A stretch of DNA of 64,000 nucleotides from the human T2T-CHM13v2.0 reference genome, Homo sapiens (GCA_009914755.4 CP068257.2:14336001-14400000); one strand, 5' to 3'. Counted from the first letter of the stretch, positions 11,561 through 27,721 are shown. The notes: generated from the letters alone by a model not told the origin. Translations and numbers: made by a program.

Positions 11561-12660
11561 GAATTGGCTTAGATTGTGGAGGCTGAGAAGTCCCAAGGTA
11601 TGCAATCATCAAGCTGGAGACCCAGGAATAAAGATGGTATAGTTCTCATCCAAAGGCCAACAAGCTCAACACTCAAGAAGAGCCCATGTTTCAGGTTGAG
11701 TCTGAAGGCAGGAAATGACCAATGTTTCAGCTCAAGCAGTCAGGCAGGAGCAATTCCCTCTTACTCACAGAAAGGTCAGCCTTTTTGTTTATTCAGGCCC
11801 TCAATGGGTCAGATGAGGGTCACCCATACTGGGGAGGGTGACCTGCTCTCCTTAGTCTACTGATTCAAATGTGAATCTTGTTTAAGAACGCCTTCAGAGA
11901 CACACCCAGAATAATGTGCCACCAAATGTTTGTGTACCCTGTGGCTCAGCCAAGTTGATGCATAAAATTAACAACTCACTACTCAGAAACGGAGATATGT
12001 AGGAGGTATGTATTTGTCTCTAAGCTTTGGGGTTAGCTACTGCTGTTTATTTTCCAAGGGGCTTTAAAGATGTTTGAGAAACTAAGAACACTAGAATCAT
12101 ATGGCTCATCCCAAAAGCTCATCCAACTCAGGAGCCTCCAACTTTCATAGGACCATTCATGTGGGGGGGGTGGCAGCATTTTTCTTTGATGTGTGTCACA
12201 AAGAGTAGAGATTGAAATTCAAAGGTACGACTTCCTTTTGATAAGGCTCTCTCATCTATGAAGTCATCTACAGTTTTCTTGAAACTCTTTACTTTCATCT
12301 CTATTACCTTTCAGGGGTTTCAAGCTGATGAAGTCCATTGAGTAGAAGTATGCATTCATTTTCCAAAAAATGTTTTCTTCAAGTTTCAAGGACATGCTTC
12401 CTTTTTGGCTCATCCTAGATTTGAAAATGAATATGTCCTTCATGTTTATGTATTCTTCTCATGATCTGTACTTTTACAAATGAAAAATCTTAAATTGCCT
12501 TTATTCTATTTTCATCTAGAACTTTGTCTTCATATGGATTACTTCAATTGCCCTTGTGTTATAATAACTACAATTGCTACTGGATATGAATAGGTGAAAA
12601 TAGGAAAATGGGGATACTGGATAACTAATGGGAAGAGAAAGATGGTGATGTCTTTTTGTC

Positions 12661-12965
<305 letters not shown>

Positions 12966-14019
12966 TTTGAACTTTTGCACAAGTTCTTGCCCACAATCTT
13001 CCTTACCTTGTAAATACTGAGTTACTTTCTCAAAAGTCAGCTCCAATATTCACCTGTCTTATGAAGCCTTCCTTCATCTTCCACAGGCACAGATTTCCTT
13101 TTCACTTTTCTATAGAATAAATGCATATTTATTATGATGCAAAAGATAGTTCAATTGCAATTCGTTATGATTTGAGTCTCATTCTACCCATTGTAATTAC
13201 TATAGTGTTTTTGAGATAAGACTAAGGGGAAATTATTACAGCTGCAATTTGAAAATACTTTTTGGAATGTTTTGATACAACACATAAGAAATTATAGATT
13301 CTTGATTGAAACGTATATTTTAAAAAGTGAAACAAATTTACAGAAAAATTAATTGAGCATGAAACAAAAGCAAAAAAGGTCAGGAATAAATTTAATTAGT
13401 TTTTTTAATAATGAGAAGCAAATTGCATCAAAACATGTTTAAGTCATAACTAAACTAATAAGTCATGAAGAGAGAGATTTATTTTTTCAGGGTAATAGAA
13501 CTTGAATGCTAGAGTATTATTAGATAATCAAATTAGCAGAAAGGAATGAGTCATCTGAACCCATGGAAAAAGACTTAAATTTATTGCTGATTAAATGTGA
13601 TTATTGACTTTAATGAGGATAACATGAAACTCCTAATGACATCAAAGCAATGAAGAGATCTATGACAAACAGGCTAATAAGTGTTGTCAACTCAGCATGT
13701 TAACTAAGTCAACTTAGTTTCATACTCATATACTGTGACATTTGGCAACTCAGTCGACGTGCAGGAGGAACATTTGCAATACCTGAAATCTTATTTATAT
13801 GAAAGAAACTCGATAACTTTGCCAAATTGGAGAACAATCACAAAAATTTTCATAACTACCAATAAGTTGTGAAGATGAAAGTTTCCTAAACTATCAATAA
13901 TTTTTAAGTTTCAAATATTATGCTAAAGAAAAGACGGAGTTTGTTGATATTGTGATATTTTCAGCTTTTTAAATTTCAAAATTTTTATGATTTTTTATTC
14001 TAAATATTCATATACATGA

Positions 14020-14358
<339 letters not shown>

Positions 14359-16290
14359 ATATTCTCTTTCTCAAAGAAGGTCTTTTAAACTGAGTAAGTT
14401 TCAGGCCCAACAAAACTTGGACCAAACTGCAGAACACACTTTGCAGATATTAGTAAGCATTTATTTTATTTATTTTGTAGTCTGTTAATTCCTTATAGAA
14501 GGAAACCAGGATGTTTATCTTTAAAACCTTTGGGCATAGCACAGTGCGTGATATGCTATAGTGGAAATTGCTTAGTAAATGATTATAGGATGCATAAGTA
14601 TCTAACAGACCATGAGATATAAGAAACCCTCTCAGGGAGGTTCTGAGTCCCCTCTTTTACTAGCAAAATGCTTGAACTATTCAGATGAAAACTATTATAT
14701 GATAGCAATTTATCATTTCAGAAAATTTGGAAAGTACTACTTTGAGTAGTCCAACTATCCAGTGAAAGCATAGCATCATTTGGCTTAGAAAAAATGTTTT
14801 CAAAGGTGTCTGATTCCATCTTTCCCTAATTGTGATTTAAAACACAAAATTTATCCCAAAAGTAATGATGACCATTTTGAATGTCAAAAGAAATTTCTAT
14901 CAGAAAAAGCCTTACACTTTAACTTTCTTTCAACTTTGAGTGCAAATTATAAGTAAAATGAACTCCAGTCAGATCTTCATTTAACTTAAGAGTATGTTTA
15001 GAGGTAGCTATTATTAGTGCTATAATTGATTTTTCTCCCTTTTGAATATATCTGGAGCATATAATTGGATGGATCAATACTTTTAGTTATGGAAAGTTAA
15101 GGAACAAAACATGAACTAAAGACTCTGACTCTTGTTTCAATAAAGATGTGATACTTTCATTTTCAAAGAGAAGAACAGTCATACTGTGAATAAATTTAGT
15201 TTATTCTGTTGCAAGTAAGTTTTAGGAAAGGAATGATGATAAACTCAAATATGTTTGAGCTTCGTTATTTTAACAGAATGATCATATTTTATACTGCAAT
15301 GAGTAATAAAATATGAATTTTTGTTGTAGATGTATAAATAAACTAAATGTGTGACTTTTCTTGTCATTTTCTTAAGATTAGACATATAAATAAAATGAAG
15401 ATTCTTTGAAATTTGTCATGTACAAAGTTATGTCTTTTTATTTTCTTTAAATACTGTGATTTAGAGTATGCAGTAAAATGATGTTTCATAATAGGTATTT
15501 TGTAGTTTGTTTCTCATTTTAAAAAATATGAAAATAAAATCCTAAAATGAGAAATTCAGGTGAAGGCTTTAGGGTAGGTTCTCATTTACTTGTGCAGACT
15601 TTAATATGCTTCTGCCCTTAAGTGAGACTGCTAATTTCCTAATGGTCCTATAGAGGATATGATGCCTTTTGCAGTTCCCCAAGGAACATCAGAGAGAAGA
15701 AGAAAAAAATACTGCTTGGGTTTCAAGATTGAAGAGTGAAAAATCTAAAAAAGCTCTCAATAGCCTACTGTAGAAATAATCCCCAGTGGTTCAAACTGCT
15801 TAGCTAGATGTAAAAAAATAAACATTCTCTTTCCCAGCATGCCTGCCACCCTGCAAATTATTTTATACAAGTCTCACTCATTTGGTCGGTAAATATTTAT
15901 TGAATAACTAACTCTGTGAGTGCCAGGCATCATGGCATATTATCATGAGGATATGAAGAAACAGATTAAAAACTTAACTTGCTCTTGATAAACCCTTGGT
16001 CTAATTTGAGAAAATAGATTATGAAAAATGGTCATGTTTTCAGCAAGTATAGAGTGCTGTGGGAGCAAGGTGGGGCAAGGGACTATTAGAATCATAGAAT
16101 TCTAGAACTGGAAGGGGGTTTAGAGATTATTAACCCACATTTGGACACACATTTTTTAAAAAAGATTAAAGAATCAGTGCAGTCAAAGGTGAAACTTTTC
16201 ATTGATTTAGTCAACGAACAATTTCTGAGTAATATGTGCCCAGCATTGTTCTAGATGCTGGGGTTAAGACGGTTAAAAACAACAGCAAAG

Positions 16291-16714
<424 letters not shown>

Positions 16715-17700
16715 TTAAAAATGAAGATCATGAAATGCACCAGGTTGTAGATGTTTTTACATCTGTGTCTCCGCACAACAGAAGAAAAAGCATGACCACT
16801 GATTCACTGAAATATCTGCAAAGTAGCAAGTGCGGCTCATTTAATTTCAAAAGATAACCAAATAAATAACATTTATTTTCATTATAGTAGATTTCAAGAT
16901 ATTTGCTGAATCCTTGCAGATCAGAGAAGAGTATTTCTAAAGAAGTAATAGGCAAGTAAAAAGTCAAATCTTCTGGAAAACTATTTTACAGTAGGGAAAT
17001 TAAATGGAAAGCTCTTTATTTGGAAGACTAATTAGAATAAAGGAGCACTATACCTGTGTTATAAATGGACTCTCTTATGGAAAAGTTTTTGTAATTCTAT
17101 ATAATACTATAATTGTATGGAGTATATGAGGTATATTTGTATAGAGTATACATTTGTATACAATAAATTTGTATAGAGTATACAATGTGTAAAATGCATA
17201 GTGGTACTATAATTGGTTAAGGATTAGCTACACTTCGGAGGAGATCTAGTTTACAAAATGACCAGATTTTGTCATTAATCCTTTTTATAGAAGTGCTAAA
17301 ACCTGGGCTCAAACACAAAACTTGACCTCCAACTCTGAAACCTTTGCTCTGCAGAATTGTTGGCTCATCTCAGTAAGTGGTAGTTGAGTACACAGGAACT
17401 TACAAATAATTATGAAAACCCTTAACTTCTCAGAGTTGCTGAACAAAATGGGATTCTTAACTCCTCTACATTTGTGAATAAAAAAATTCTTCATATTATG
17501 CAAAAATTAATATGCCATAATTTTAAAAATCATAAGGGTACGTTGGCTTTCATCAGCCTGTAGCTTGCACATAGTTTATGAATCTAGCAAAGGTCATGTT
17601 TAATCTGTGGAGTTGCTAGTTTTCATACATGTGGGAGGGAAATATTCAAAGGTGTTTGAATCATTCAAACTCTAGAGATCAATTCTGACTATTTTCTGGA

Positions 17701-17890
17701 ATGTTTTTTCTTCTTCTAGTTGAGTTTTTCTTCTCCTTGGAAATATCCATTTCACAAGGGCATTTTTTTTTCTCTATAATGTTCAACTATTCCTTTCTTT
17801 TTCCGTTCTCTTCTCCATTTCCTTTTTATTCTCTATTTCTCCGTTTTTGTGGGGAGAATATTTTATCCCTGCTGTTTTCTGTTATGCATT
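17701..17890. repeat. ~190 bp polypyrimidine (T/C-rich) tract on the plus strand.
   Basis: ttttttcttcttctagttgagtttttcttctcc…ttcctttctttttccgttctcttctccatttcctttttattctctatttctccgttttt. The 63-aa ORF across it is low-complexity and spurious. Confidence 0.8.
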
Positions 17891-20711
17891 GAGGTTCACA
17901 CTGTAATAGTATGTGGCAAAATCAATTAACTGGTACTAAAACAGCTTTTTAAAAATGAAATAGAAGGGAAATAGGAGGATAATACCAGATTATCTACTGT
18001 ATGTAATAAGAACAGACATTTTTTAAATGAAACATTATGAATCTGTTGTGTGTGTGTTTATATATATGATACTAAATGAATTTTTTACTGGGAGTCATAG
18101 TAAAAAGTTAAAAAACCACTGGATTAATGAGTGTTAAGGACTTGATAAAATTGTACAGAATTATTTCAAGTAACATATTTTAAAAACTGAACAGAGCATA
18201 AGCCATAAGCCAGGGCTTATGACTGTTTTCCCTATGGTGATTATTTGTTTTAAAATTTTTGTGGTAGCAGAATTTGGCCCTGTTAACATTTACTATAATG
18301 TTCATTCATATTAAATATATTCAGGTTGGAATGGATTTACTTCACAGAACAATCTGGCCCTCAGGAAAAAGGTGAAATGAGGGGAATTTTTTTTTTTTTT
18401 AAATATTCATACCCAGGATCCCAGACAGCTTTCTCTTTTGGGATTTGCCTTACGCCTTCCTATCCAGTATACTCTTCCACATAAGATTTATCTTAAAAGT
18501 CATTTTCCTCAAGAAACATTTTCTTACCAATAATTCATGTACCAACTTACTAATAACACACTTAACATAAAAAGGACAGATGTGGTCTTCTATTAATAAA
18601 ATGAGAGACTTGCCTGCTCTTGTTTTGGGATTAAATGTTTTATTATTTCTTTTTTTTCAATCATTCTTTTACAGTAATTGTGTGGGAACAAAAGTGATAA
18701 TGATTTGTAAAATTCTTATTTATATTTAAGAAATCCATTTCAGAGTTCTGTCTGAAGTAAAAAGAGTAAAAGCTCCACATGCCAAATAATTACTTGGTTA
18801 TTTTTAAGCTAGTATAGAGATTAATCAAGAAGTTACTGGGAACTTACTGTTTGAAATTTATAGATGTGTATTCCCCATTTGCCCTGGTCGACCATTCCCA
18901 TTCGCTACCAACCTTATAAATCCTTTGAATATGTACTCGCAATGAATAAACATAATGAATTATTACTCTGGGGGTACTCAAAAAATTTTGTTGGGAAAAT
19001 GGACTTCTTGTGCCAAGACTCAATCAGTGTTAGCAGAAACCACAGAGAGACACAGAATATTTGAGTTTAAATGGCCTCAGAGATCTTAACTTAGGGATTT
19101 GGACTTTGTGACCAACAGCTCACAGGTTCAGGGCCTATCCACGGCCATGGACTCAGAGGAAGAGTGGTCCTCAAACCCAGGACTTCTGAGTTCAGTTAAG
19201 GACTAGTTCTAATAACAGTTGTTTCAGATCTCCCGAAATACTCTCAAACAGGCTGTGATAATGTACCCCCAAGATAAGAGCACAGCCAGGTGTGGCTAGC
19301 CACAAACACAACTATGTAGACAAATATTCTACCACGAAAGTTTATACAAATGTGCACATACTTAATGGTGTTTCTAGATACTTTCAATTACATAAGATTA
19401 GCTAAATCTTAGATGCCAGGAAAGTGGATTGTAATTTTTTTCTGACTTAGTGAACCCCCAGACACATGACTGCGTAACTCTGTGAGTGTGTATACGCAGC
19501 ACCCATTGGTAACTTAACCTCCTGGTGTTGAGAAAGAACAGGCAGAAAATGGGTCATCTCCCTTTATTGCAAGATGATACTTATTAGGTATAGTACTTAA
19601 AATGGAACATCCATTTTAATGAGTGTCTAATCCTGATAATCTTGTAATATGTGATGCTCTTAAACTTGTGCTGGATCATGTTACACCAAATTAAATTTTT
19701 AACTGGTTCAGTATACTTTTAAAAGTATATTTAATTCATACTTTACCTTCTACCTATTTTTCAGTTGCTATATTCTCACTCTCTCTTGATTTCGGGGAAC
19801 CAAAACATATTTGTATGATTTTCTGAATCTCTAATAAACTCTACTTTGGGCGAACACATCTATCAAAAGAGATGCCCTTTCAAGATTGTATTGACTTGCA
19901 ACTATCTGTAGCAAGCTTTGTTTGTAAATCATCACTAACCTTTTTCATGTTTTAATTTTTTATGAACTGTTTTTAGTGTCCCTCTAGGATTTCAAATATT
20001 GCAGGAGAACAAATGAGTTATGATGTGATTCTCCGGGCTAAGAAACAAAACATACTTTTCAAGGTTCTGTCTAAAGTGTACTCTTAAGCCAAATCGTAAG
20101 AACCTGAGTCTTTTAAAAATGTTTCCAAAACTAAGTACTCACAAAATGTGCTGTACTTGTCCTATCTTAGCACTTGTCACACTTTATTGTACAGGTTTCA
20201 TAATAGTGAGTGTCTTGTAAGAAACTTTACAACCTATGACCTTACCAGGAGCATGTTTTTCCACTCTACCATTTGCACCTAATATAATACCAAGCACATT
20301 ACAGGTATAAGACAAATGTTTTTAGGTTAATGAGAAGTGGTTTGACTGTTGATAAGATTTTACTTAATATTGTGTGTATTGTTTGTGACATAACCATTAT
20401 TTGAGAAGCAGCATATTTAGTAATTAAAGACAATAACAATATACGTGCATTTTTTTAGATTTCTTATTGCATTACTTAAAAAGCTCTGAAAATATATGGT
20501 GTCCAAAGCACATAGCTAGCTCTACTATCAGGTGGATCACTGCTCAACAAATACCCTGAATAGGTAAGATCTTCTAGGACCCTTACTGATACCAGTGGGA
20601 CATGCACTTAAGAATACATACAACATTGATTTCATATATGGTATTCAAATTTACATCTCTAAAAATGAAAATATATTTTCTTACTACTTAATGTTAAAAT
20701 TTATGGTAGAT

Positions 20712-21064
20712 AAAAAGGAACGAGATCATGTGCTTTGCAGGGATATGGATGAAGCTGGAAGGCATCATCCCCAGCCAACTAACACAGGAAGAGAAAACCA
20801 AACACCGCATGTTCTCACTTATAAGTGGGAGCTGAACAATGAGAACACATGGACACAGGGAGGGGAGCAACACACACTGGGGCCTGTCAGAGGGAAGTAG
20901 GAGAGGGAGAGCATCAGGATAAATATCTAATGCATGTGAGGCTTAATACCTTGATGTTGGGTTGACAGGTGCAGCAAACCACCATGATACACGTTCACCT
21001 ATGTAACAAACCTGCGTGTGCAGAAGTACGTGTGTCCCAGAACTTAAAATTAAAAAATAAAAAA
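20712..21064 (+). mobile_element. L1 (L1PA/L1PB-type) extreme 3'-end fragment, flanked by a 13-14 bp TSD aatttatggtaga at 20696-20710 and 21065-21078.
   Basis: …aaaaaggaacgagatcatgtgctttgcagggatatggatgaagctggaa…aaccaaacaccgcatgttctcact…ggacacag…aacaaacctgc…gaacttaaaattaaaaaataaaaaaaaa matches the end of L1 ORF2 and the 3' UTR. Perfect direct repeats flank it. Confidence 0.85.
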
Positions 21065-21976
21065 AAATTTATGGTAGAACATGTGTGTAATTTTCAAATG
21101 AGCATAATATATTGGGGAAATGATTTTTTTTGACAAATATGTGATTTAAAAAAATTGAATATTACTGTTTACAAGACCATCATTAATATATATCCAGAAT
21201 ACTATGACGATGCAAAATATTGAATGATGGTTCAGGAACATGTTTACTCTTCATTGACATAAGTGCAGATGATGTAAACAATGCACTGTAAATATGCACA
21301 TATTTTAAACTACCATTTGAGATCACATTATAGGAAAATTCTGGAAGTTACAAGCAAATGACAGATAAATAGAAACCAAATAGAATTGAGGAACTTGAAA
21401 CACAGGTGAAGTAGAAAGCCAATGAAAAAGTGAAATTGCCTAGCAAAACTGCAAAAAAACTACTCAGACTGGCATTAACAAGAGCTTGGCTAGAGTAGTC
21501 TATGAGGTTGTTGGCAGGATAGTTTATCGCTAAGCTGCAAAGCTGGGCCAGTCAGAATGGCCAGTTGGGATGTGATGGTGAGCAGTATCATCAACAATGG
21601 AAGCTAGAAATAGGAGAATATTATCTTCAAGTAGTGAAGGGAAATAATTGTTCATCTAGAACTTTCTGTCTCCAAGCCTTTAAAAAAGAAGGACAAACTC
21701 AAGATTTTTGCAGAAAAATAAATATAGTGGGCATTTCTCATCAGCAAACCCACATAAAAAATGAAATGACTTCAAAGGAAGTCTGAGATGCAAGAAGATA
21801 TGGTGAGCAAATAAAATAGACACATGTTTGTAACCGTAAGGAAACATTTACCAGGTAAAAGAATTACAACATTTTAAAACTAATGGGATAAAAATCAAGA
21901 AAAATAAATGTGAAAGAAGAGAATATAAATTGAGAAATGACTGATGAGATGAAAGCTTTCTGAGTTCCTTTCATTA

Positions 21977-22303
<327 letters not shown>

Positions 22304-24120
22304 TTAACTTTAATATGTAAGTGAAACATCATGTTAAATTTTATAAGAAAACAGCTAATAGAACAGAAACAATGTTTATATACCAAAGCATAAAGAGAAA
22401 AAAAAAAACCTTGGATTTTCAATGAAGTGATTTAATAACTATTTAGTTAAAGATGCAAAATTAAAGTACTGACAGTAGAGGGCAGGGTATCCCTGATGCT
22501 GTGCTGATAATTTCTTGAAATTGCAGAGTATCTCATGTTATCCCTAAAGTCATATATTTCATGTATTGAGCCAGATATTAAAGATTTTATGTTTAAAAAA
22601 TACTGATAACACAATTTACTTTTTATTAAAAACAGAGATCTTGATATGATCTGTGTAATATGAAGACCTAGCTTCTAGACAGGAAATGGTATATTTATTT
22701 TCATTCTCTGGATTTAGAAAATTTATTGAGTTTTGCTGATACATTTTGAGAGTCATTTTTTTTTTGCATTGAAAACAATTTTGAAGTCTCTTGGTTAAAA
22801 AAGAAAAAAGAAAAAAAGTAACTATACAACAGGATAGTGACCATCCCAATATCCAATCTCTAAATAATGGCCAATATTATTTCTGGATGTGATTCTTTAG
22901 CTATATGCTTTCCGATCCTATAAATAACTTTTAAAATCCTTCTTTGATTCTGAATCCCTTACAACATCTTTGTGGTTTAGTGCAGACAAAACTGGATCTT
23001 ATATCCTGTTTTAAGCAACTGTGTTAACATATACGAAACACTCAAATGCTTGTTTCTTTGTGAATAAATAAGATGTTTTATGTTGCCGCCCTCTTTATGT
23101 TAATTATTCTAATTAAATTGTCAAAGTACAGAGTGTAACTGGACTTTAACATTTTATTAATTAGTCACTTAGGAGAGCCTAGGTTATTCTGCTATTAGTC
23201 ACTGATATTTAAGTCACTTGTTATTACTGGATAACACTGATATCATTGATACTTAAGTGACTTAAAATACCAGTGACTTACAGCAACAATATTTTATTTC
23301 TCATTCTGCTACACGGTCCTCTGGGTTGATCCTAGTGTGATTCCACGTTGTCTTCACTCTGGACTCCAGCTCATGGAGCAGTGTTTCTCTGCAATATTCT
23401 AATCTCATAGAACAGGAGTAAAAAGAAAGTGCCAGACTACATAGTGGCTCTTAAAATTTCTGTTTGCTGGTGACATGTGTCACTTCTGCCCACTTTTCAC
23501 AAGTCATACGACCAAGGCTGATATTAGTCAGTGAGGGAGTATAATCCTTCCTGAAAGCTGGGCTGTAAACACTTGCCAAAAGTAACGCCATCTACTACAG
23601 TATCTTTATGATATTTCTGAGAAATCGAGCCAAAATTTTAGTCAACCGGTTGGTGTAAACTACTTATACAGATGTTCTGTACATATTATTATTGTTTAGT
23701 CTTCAGTCCCTGAGGATTCTGACGAAAGTGCTCTAGGAATCTAGTACATTAAGTCCTGACTTAATACTGTTAATAGGCTCTTGGAAACTGACTGAGTGAA
23801 AAGATGAATGAATGGGGAAACCAATCTTCCCACAGGCTACTTGGTATAAACAAGAGTTAAGTTCCTACAGCATATTTTGATCACAAAAACATCAGCAAAC
23901 TTCTAACTAAAGACTAAAACACTTCTAATTTTAAATATTATAATAAATGTGAGCAATGTATACATTTAAGAAAGAGTGATAAAAACAAGTAAGACAATTA
24001 TTTACCCATTTATTTCAGTTCAGGGTTGTGGGTGTCCAAAACCTATGCAGACAGCTTAGAGCACAAGACAGGAACCAACCCTAGACGGGATGCCATCCCA
24101 TCAAAGGGCACACTGACATA

Positions 24121-24144
24121 AACACACACACACACACACACGCA
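24121..24144. repeat. (AC)n microsatellite, about 10 units.
   Basis: acacacacacacacacacacgc. Confidence 0.9.
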
Positions 24145-24388
24145 GACTGGGACCATGTAGGCATCCCAATTCACCCAACATGCACAGCGTTGAGGCGTGG
24201 GAGAACACTGGAGAACGGGGAGAAAACTCATGCAGACATGAGGAGAACGTGCGAACTCCATTCAGACAGTGGCCCCAGCTGGGAATCAGTTTTCTTCTCA
24301 TCAACATTATAACAACATGATTTTATTTGAGGACCTGCTGTGGACTGTATATTTTATTTAGGAATGACTATATCTTATGTTGGTGATT

Positions 24389-24688
<300 letters not shown>

Positions 24689-25862
24689 TATGTTGGTGAT
24701 TATTAATGGTAAGGAAAAATTTTAGAAGGTCCTGAAAAATGAAATAATGCTATGATAATGAGTTTACTTTGCTTTTTCACAAGGATGGGATGGCAAAGAG
24801 AGCTCCTGGTCTCTCCTTCATTCTGTTTCTGGTGGAAGGGATTATAGATCTATGAAGGAGAGAGGGAACAAAGAAAACAAAGATTTTTTTTCCTTGTTAG
24901 AATCAACTGTAGGTCTTAGAAGACTACTTTCGTGAATATAGTGTTTTAAATTTACAAAATAATTTATGATTTTTTTTCATAAAACTTTTAGACTAAGGCT
25001 GGTAAGCTAACAGGTGATATGATTGCCATTTTCCTGTGGAGGATTCAGATTTAGAAATAATTAGCTCAGGTAATGAATATTGTAAAGACTGAGAATTTAA
25101 ATTTTGTGACTTTTTTTTTCTTTTACCCATAGATTATGTAGCTTTTCAATTATTGTAGAAGTCTTAACGTTATCTTTAGTCATGCTGTGTTCCTAGATGT
25201 GACTCTCAAATAAATTCTGGTGAAAACTATTATTTAAAAAATGAAATGACTGACCTAACATATTGATTATTTTTCAACTCTGCTTTATAACTGTAAGAAA
25301 AACTAGATATGACTAAAATATCTTTCCCTAATATTTGAATTTTAAACAACTTAAAGCATGTATAGCTATCTTGTCCATTATTATTATACTTGTGAGACAA
25401 ATTTGCAAAGTAACAATATTTTTGAAATTAAGAAAAAATATAGATCATAGGACTTGTTAAACTAGATATTTCTGTATTAAAAAGAGCTCAAAGTCAGCTC
25501 CTTTTTTCCCCTTTCATTTTAGAAGGCTGAATACTGATCAAATTTCAGGTCTACAGATATACTCTGAAATAAGGTTATTAAATTCACATCCTGCTAGGGG
25601 AGCTACCTACCTTGTTTATGCCCCCTGGGCATCCAGATTTTTTTGTTCACTAAATCATGACAAGTAACAATTCACATTACCTAATCAGTTTCTTTAGAAT
25701 AGGACCATATAGACAGCCAAAATAATATTTGAGAATTAGTGAGCCTGCCCACACTGTAGAAAGAGAACCGTATTTATTTTATTTTCTCTTATTGTATGGC
25801 AGTTTAATTATTAAAGGCATGGTATTGAGTTTGAATCTTGGTTTATTGCCTTTTAGATCAGG

Positions 25863-25979
25863 GGTTGGCAGACCATAGTCTGCCAACCAATTATTGGTTG
25901 GTCAGTCATTTCATTTTTTAAATAATAGTTTTCATTTTAAATAATGAAAACTATTATTTAAAAAATGAAATGACTGACC
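25863..25979. repeat. Cluster of three palindromes. There is an 11-bp-arm inverted repeat (ggttggcagac cata gtctgccaacc). There is a near-palindrome (ccaaccaattattggttgg). There is also a perfect 37-bp-arm inverted repeat with a 6-bp spacer: ggtcagtcatttcattttttaaataatagttttcatt | ttaaat | aatgaaaactattatttaaaaaatgaaatgactgacc.
   Basis: Arm complementarity checked by hand, base by base. The right arm belongs to a 45-bp segment (25945-25989) identical to 25221-25265. Confidence 0.9.
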
Positions 25980-27104
25980 TAACATATTGGCCCCACCAAT
26001 GATTTTCGCAACACAGCTGTGTTTTTTGTGTAAGTATTGTCTATAGATGCATTTTCTCTATGCAGCAACAGAGTTGAGCAGTTGTGATGGAGACCTTAAG
26101 GCTGGCAAGGCCAAAATATTCACTCTCTGGCCTTTCAAGAAAAAATTTACTGATCCCTATTCTAGGCGGATGACTTTGCCCAAGTTATTTAAGTTTCTTT
26201 GCCTCATCTTCTAATTATAAAATGCTAATGATAGTCTCTACTAAGTTGGGTTTGTGTGAAGATTAAATGATTTACTTTATACAAAAAATTAGCATAGTGA
26301 TAGATTGGAAATAAGTGCATCATAAAGACTAGTTATTGATGAAACTATCATCTTATCAAGAAATATAGACTGGCATGTATTTCCTTGTCACTGGAGGAAA
26401 TATAAGGAACTGGTAAAAGCTCTTATAAGAGAATGAATCTTTGGTGATATTTCATCAAGAATCTGGATTCTTTTGTGCTGAATCTCTTTTCTGGGTTCCA
26501 CGGAATTCTAGCCTCTTGCAAGCCTGCTCTGGAGTGCCCCTTCTTGTAGCAGGCCCTTTCTTGTTATCTGTGGGGCTATCTCCATGTCTACATCTGGAAT
26601 TGCTCAAAGGTCACTGAAGTATTGAAACTTTATTAATGGATTTGTTCCCCTCCAAATTGCTTTCCACAATGCCTGCAGCCAGGAGCTTATAGCTGGGGCA
26701 TGGCTTTTCTGTCTGATTTTGGAGACCTCACTGCTTTGCCCTTTATTTACCTTCTCAGTGAGGAACAAAAAGGTTTCATTCTGTTTGCTATTAGACATGA
26801 AGAGTTTTCATGAGTTAACAAGTTCTTTATTGGGCAAATGTATTTCAGTCCAGCATGTTTAAACATTACAGATGGGAGCAAATTTTAGGGCTTTCTGATT
26901 TACAATACTATGTTCAATATCAGGTAAATTGCAAAATATGTGAAGACTTATTTCTTTAGCTTTGTGATTGCCAATATTCTTAAGATTGTTTTTCAGATTA
27001 CAAGTAAAATATGTAAATTTTAGAAATTTTAACAAATATAGAGAAAGAAAAGTCTGCTTTAAGCCTTTTCCTCAATTGTGGCACTTTCTGTCTTGTGTTC
27101 TCTT

Positions 27105-27134
27105 CACACACACACACAGACACACACACACACA
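27105..27134. repeat. (CA)n microsatellite, interrupted.
   Basis: cacacacacacagacacacacacacac. Confidence 0.9.
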
Positions 27135-27686
27135 ATTGTACTTTATATAGTAATATATCATATCATTGATATGCTTTATTGTGTCTTGTATCATGTTTAA
27201 CTTGATACAGTCCCAGGCATAGTTTCCTATATGATTAATTTTTGCAACATAGGATTTCAGTCTGTAGAAGTACCACAATTTATTTAAACAGTTCATATTC
27301 CAAACTTAGGAAGAGAGTAAATTGTTACAACTTTTCTAAAGGTTAATCTGTTAATATAATGTGAAATTTTTAATTTAGAGTCTCTTAGACATAGAAAATT
27401 GCATTTCTAGGAATTTATCCTAGGGAAACTAATAGGAAAACCTCACCTAAATACAGGTATTGAAATGCTCACATTAGAGTGTATAAGAGTGAAAATAGTT
27501 TTGTGGGCTCAATGTCCACGAGTAGAAGATTGTGTAACTACTTTATGGTGCACGCTTCCAATGGAATGCAGTCTGGTTAAAAGTGAAGGAGTTCATTTTT
27601 CTTTATGTACATTAAAATGCTTTATGCTGTTTTAAGTGAAATAGAGCAAATGAAATGAAAAGAATAGTTTAACAGATCTTAGTTTG

Positions 27687-27689
<3 letters not shown>

Positions 27690-27719
<30 letters not shown>
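27690..27719. repeat. (AC)n microsatellite, about 14 units.
   Basis: acacacacacacacacacacacacacacat. Confidence 0.9.
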
Positions 27720-27721
<2 letters not shown>

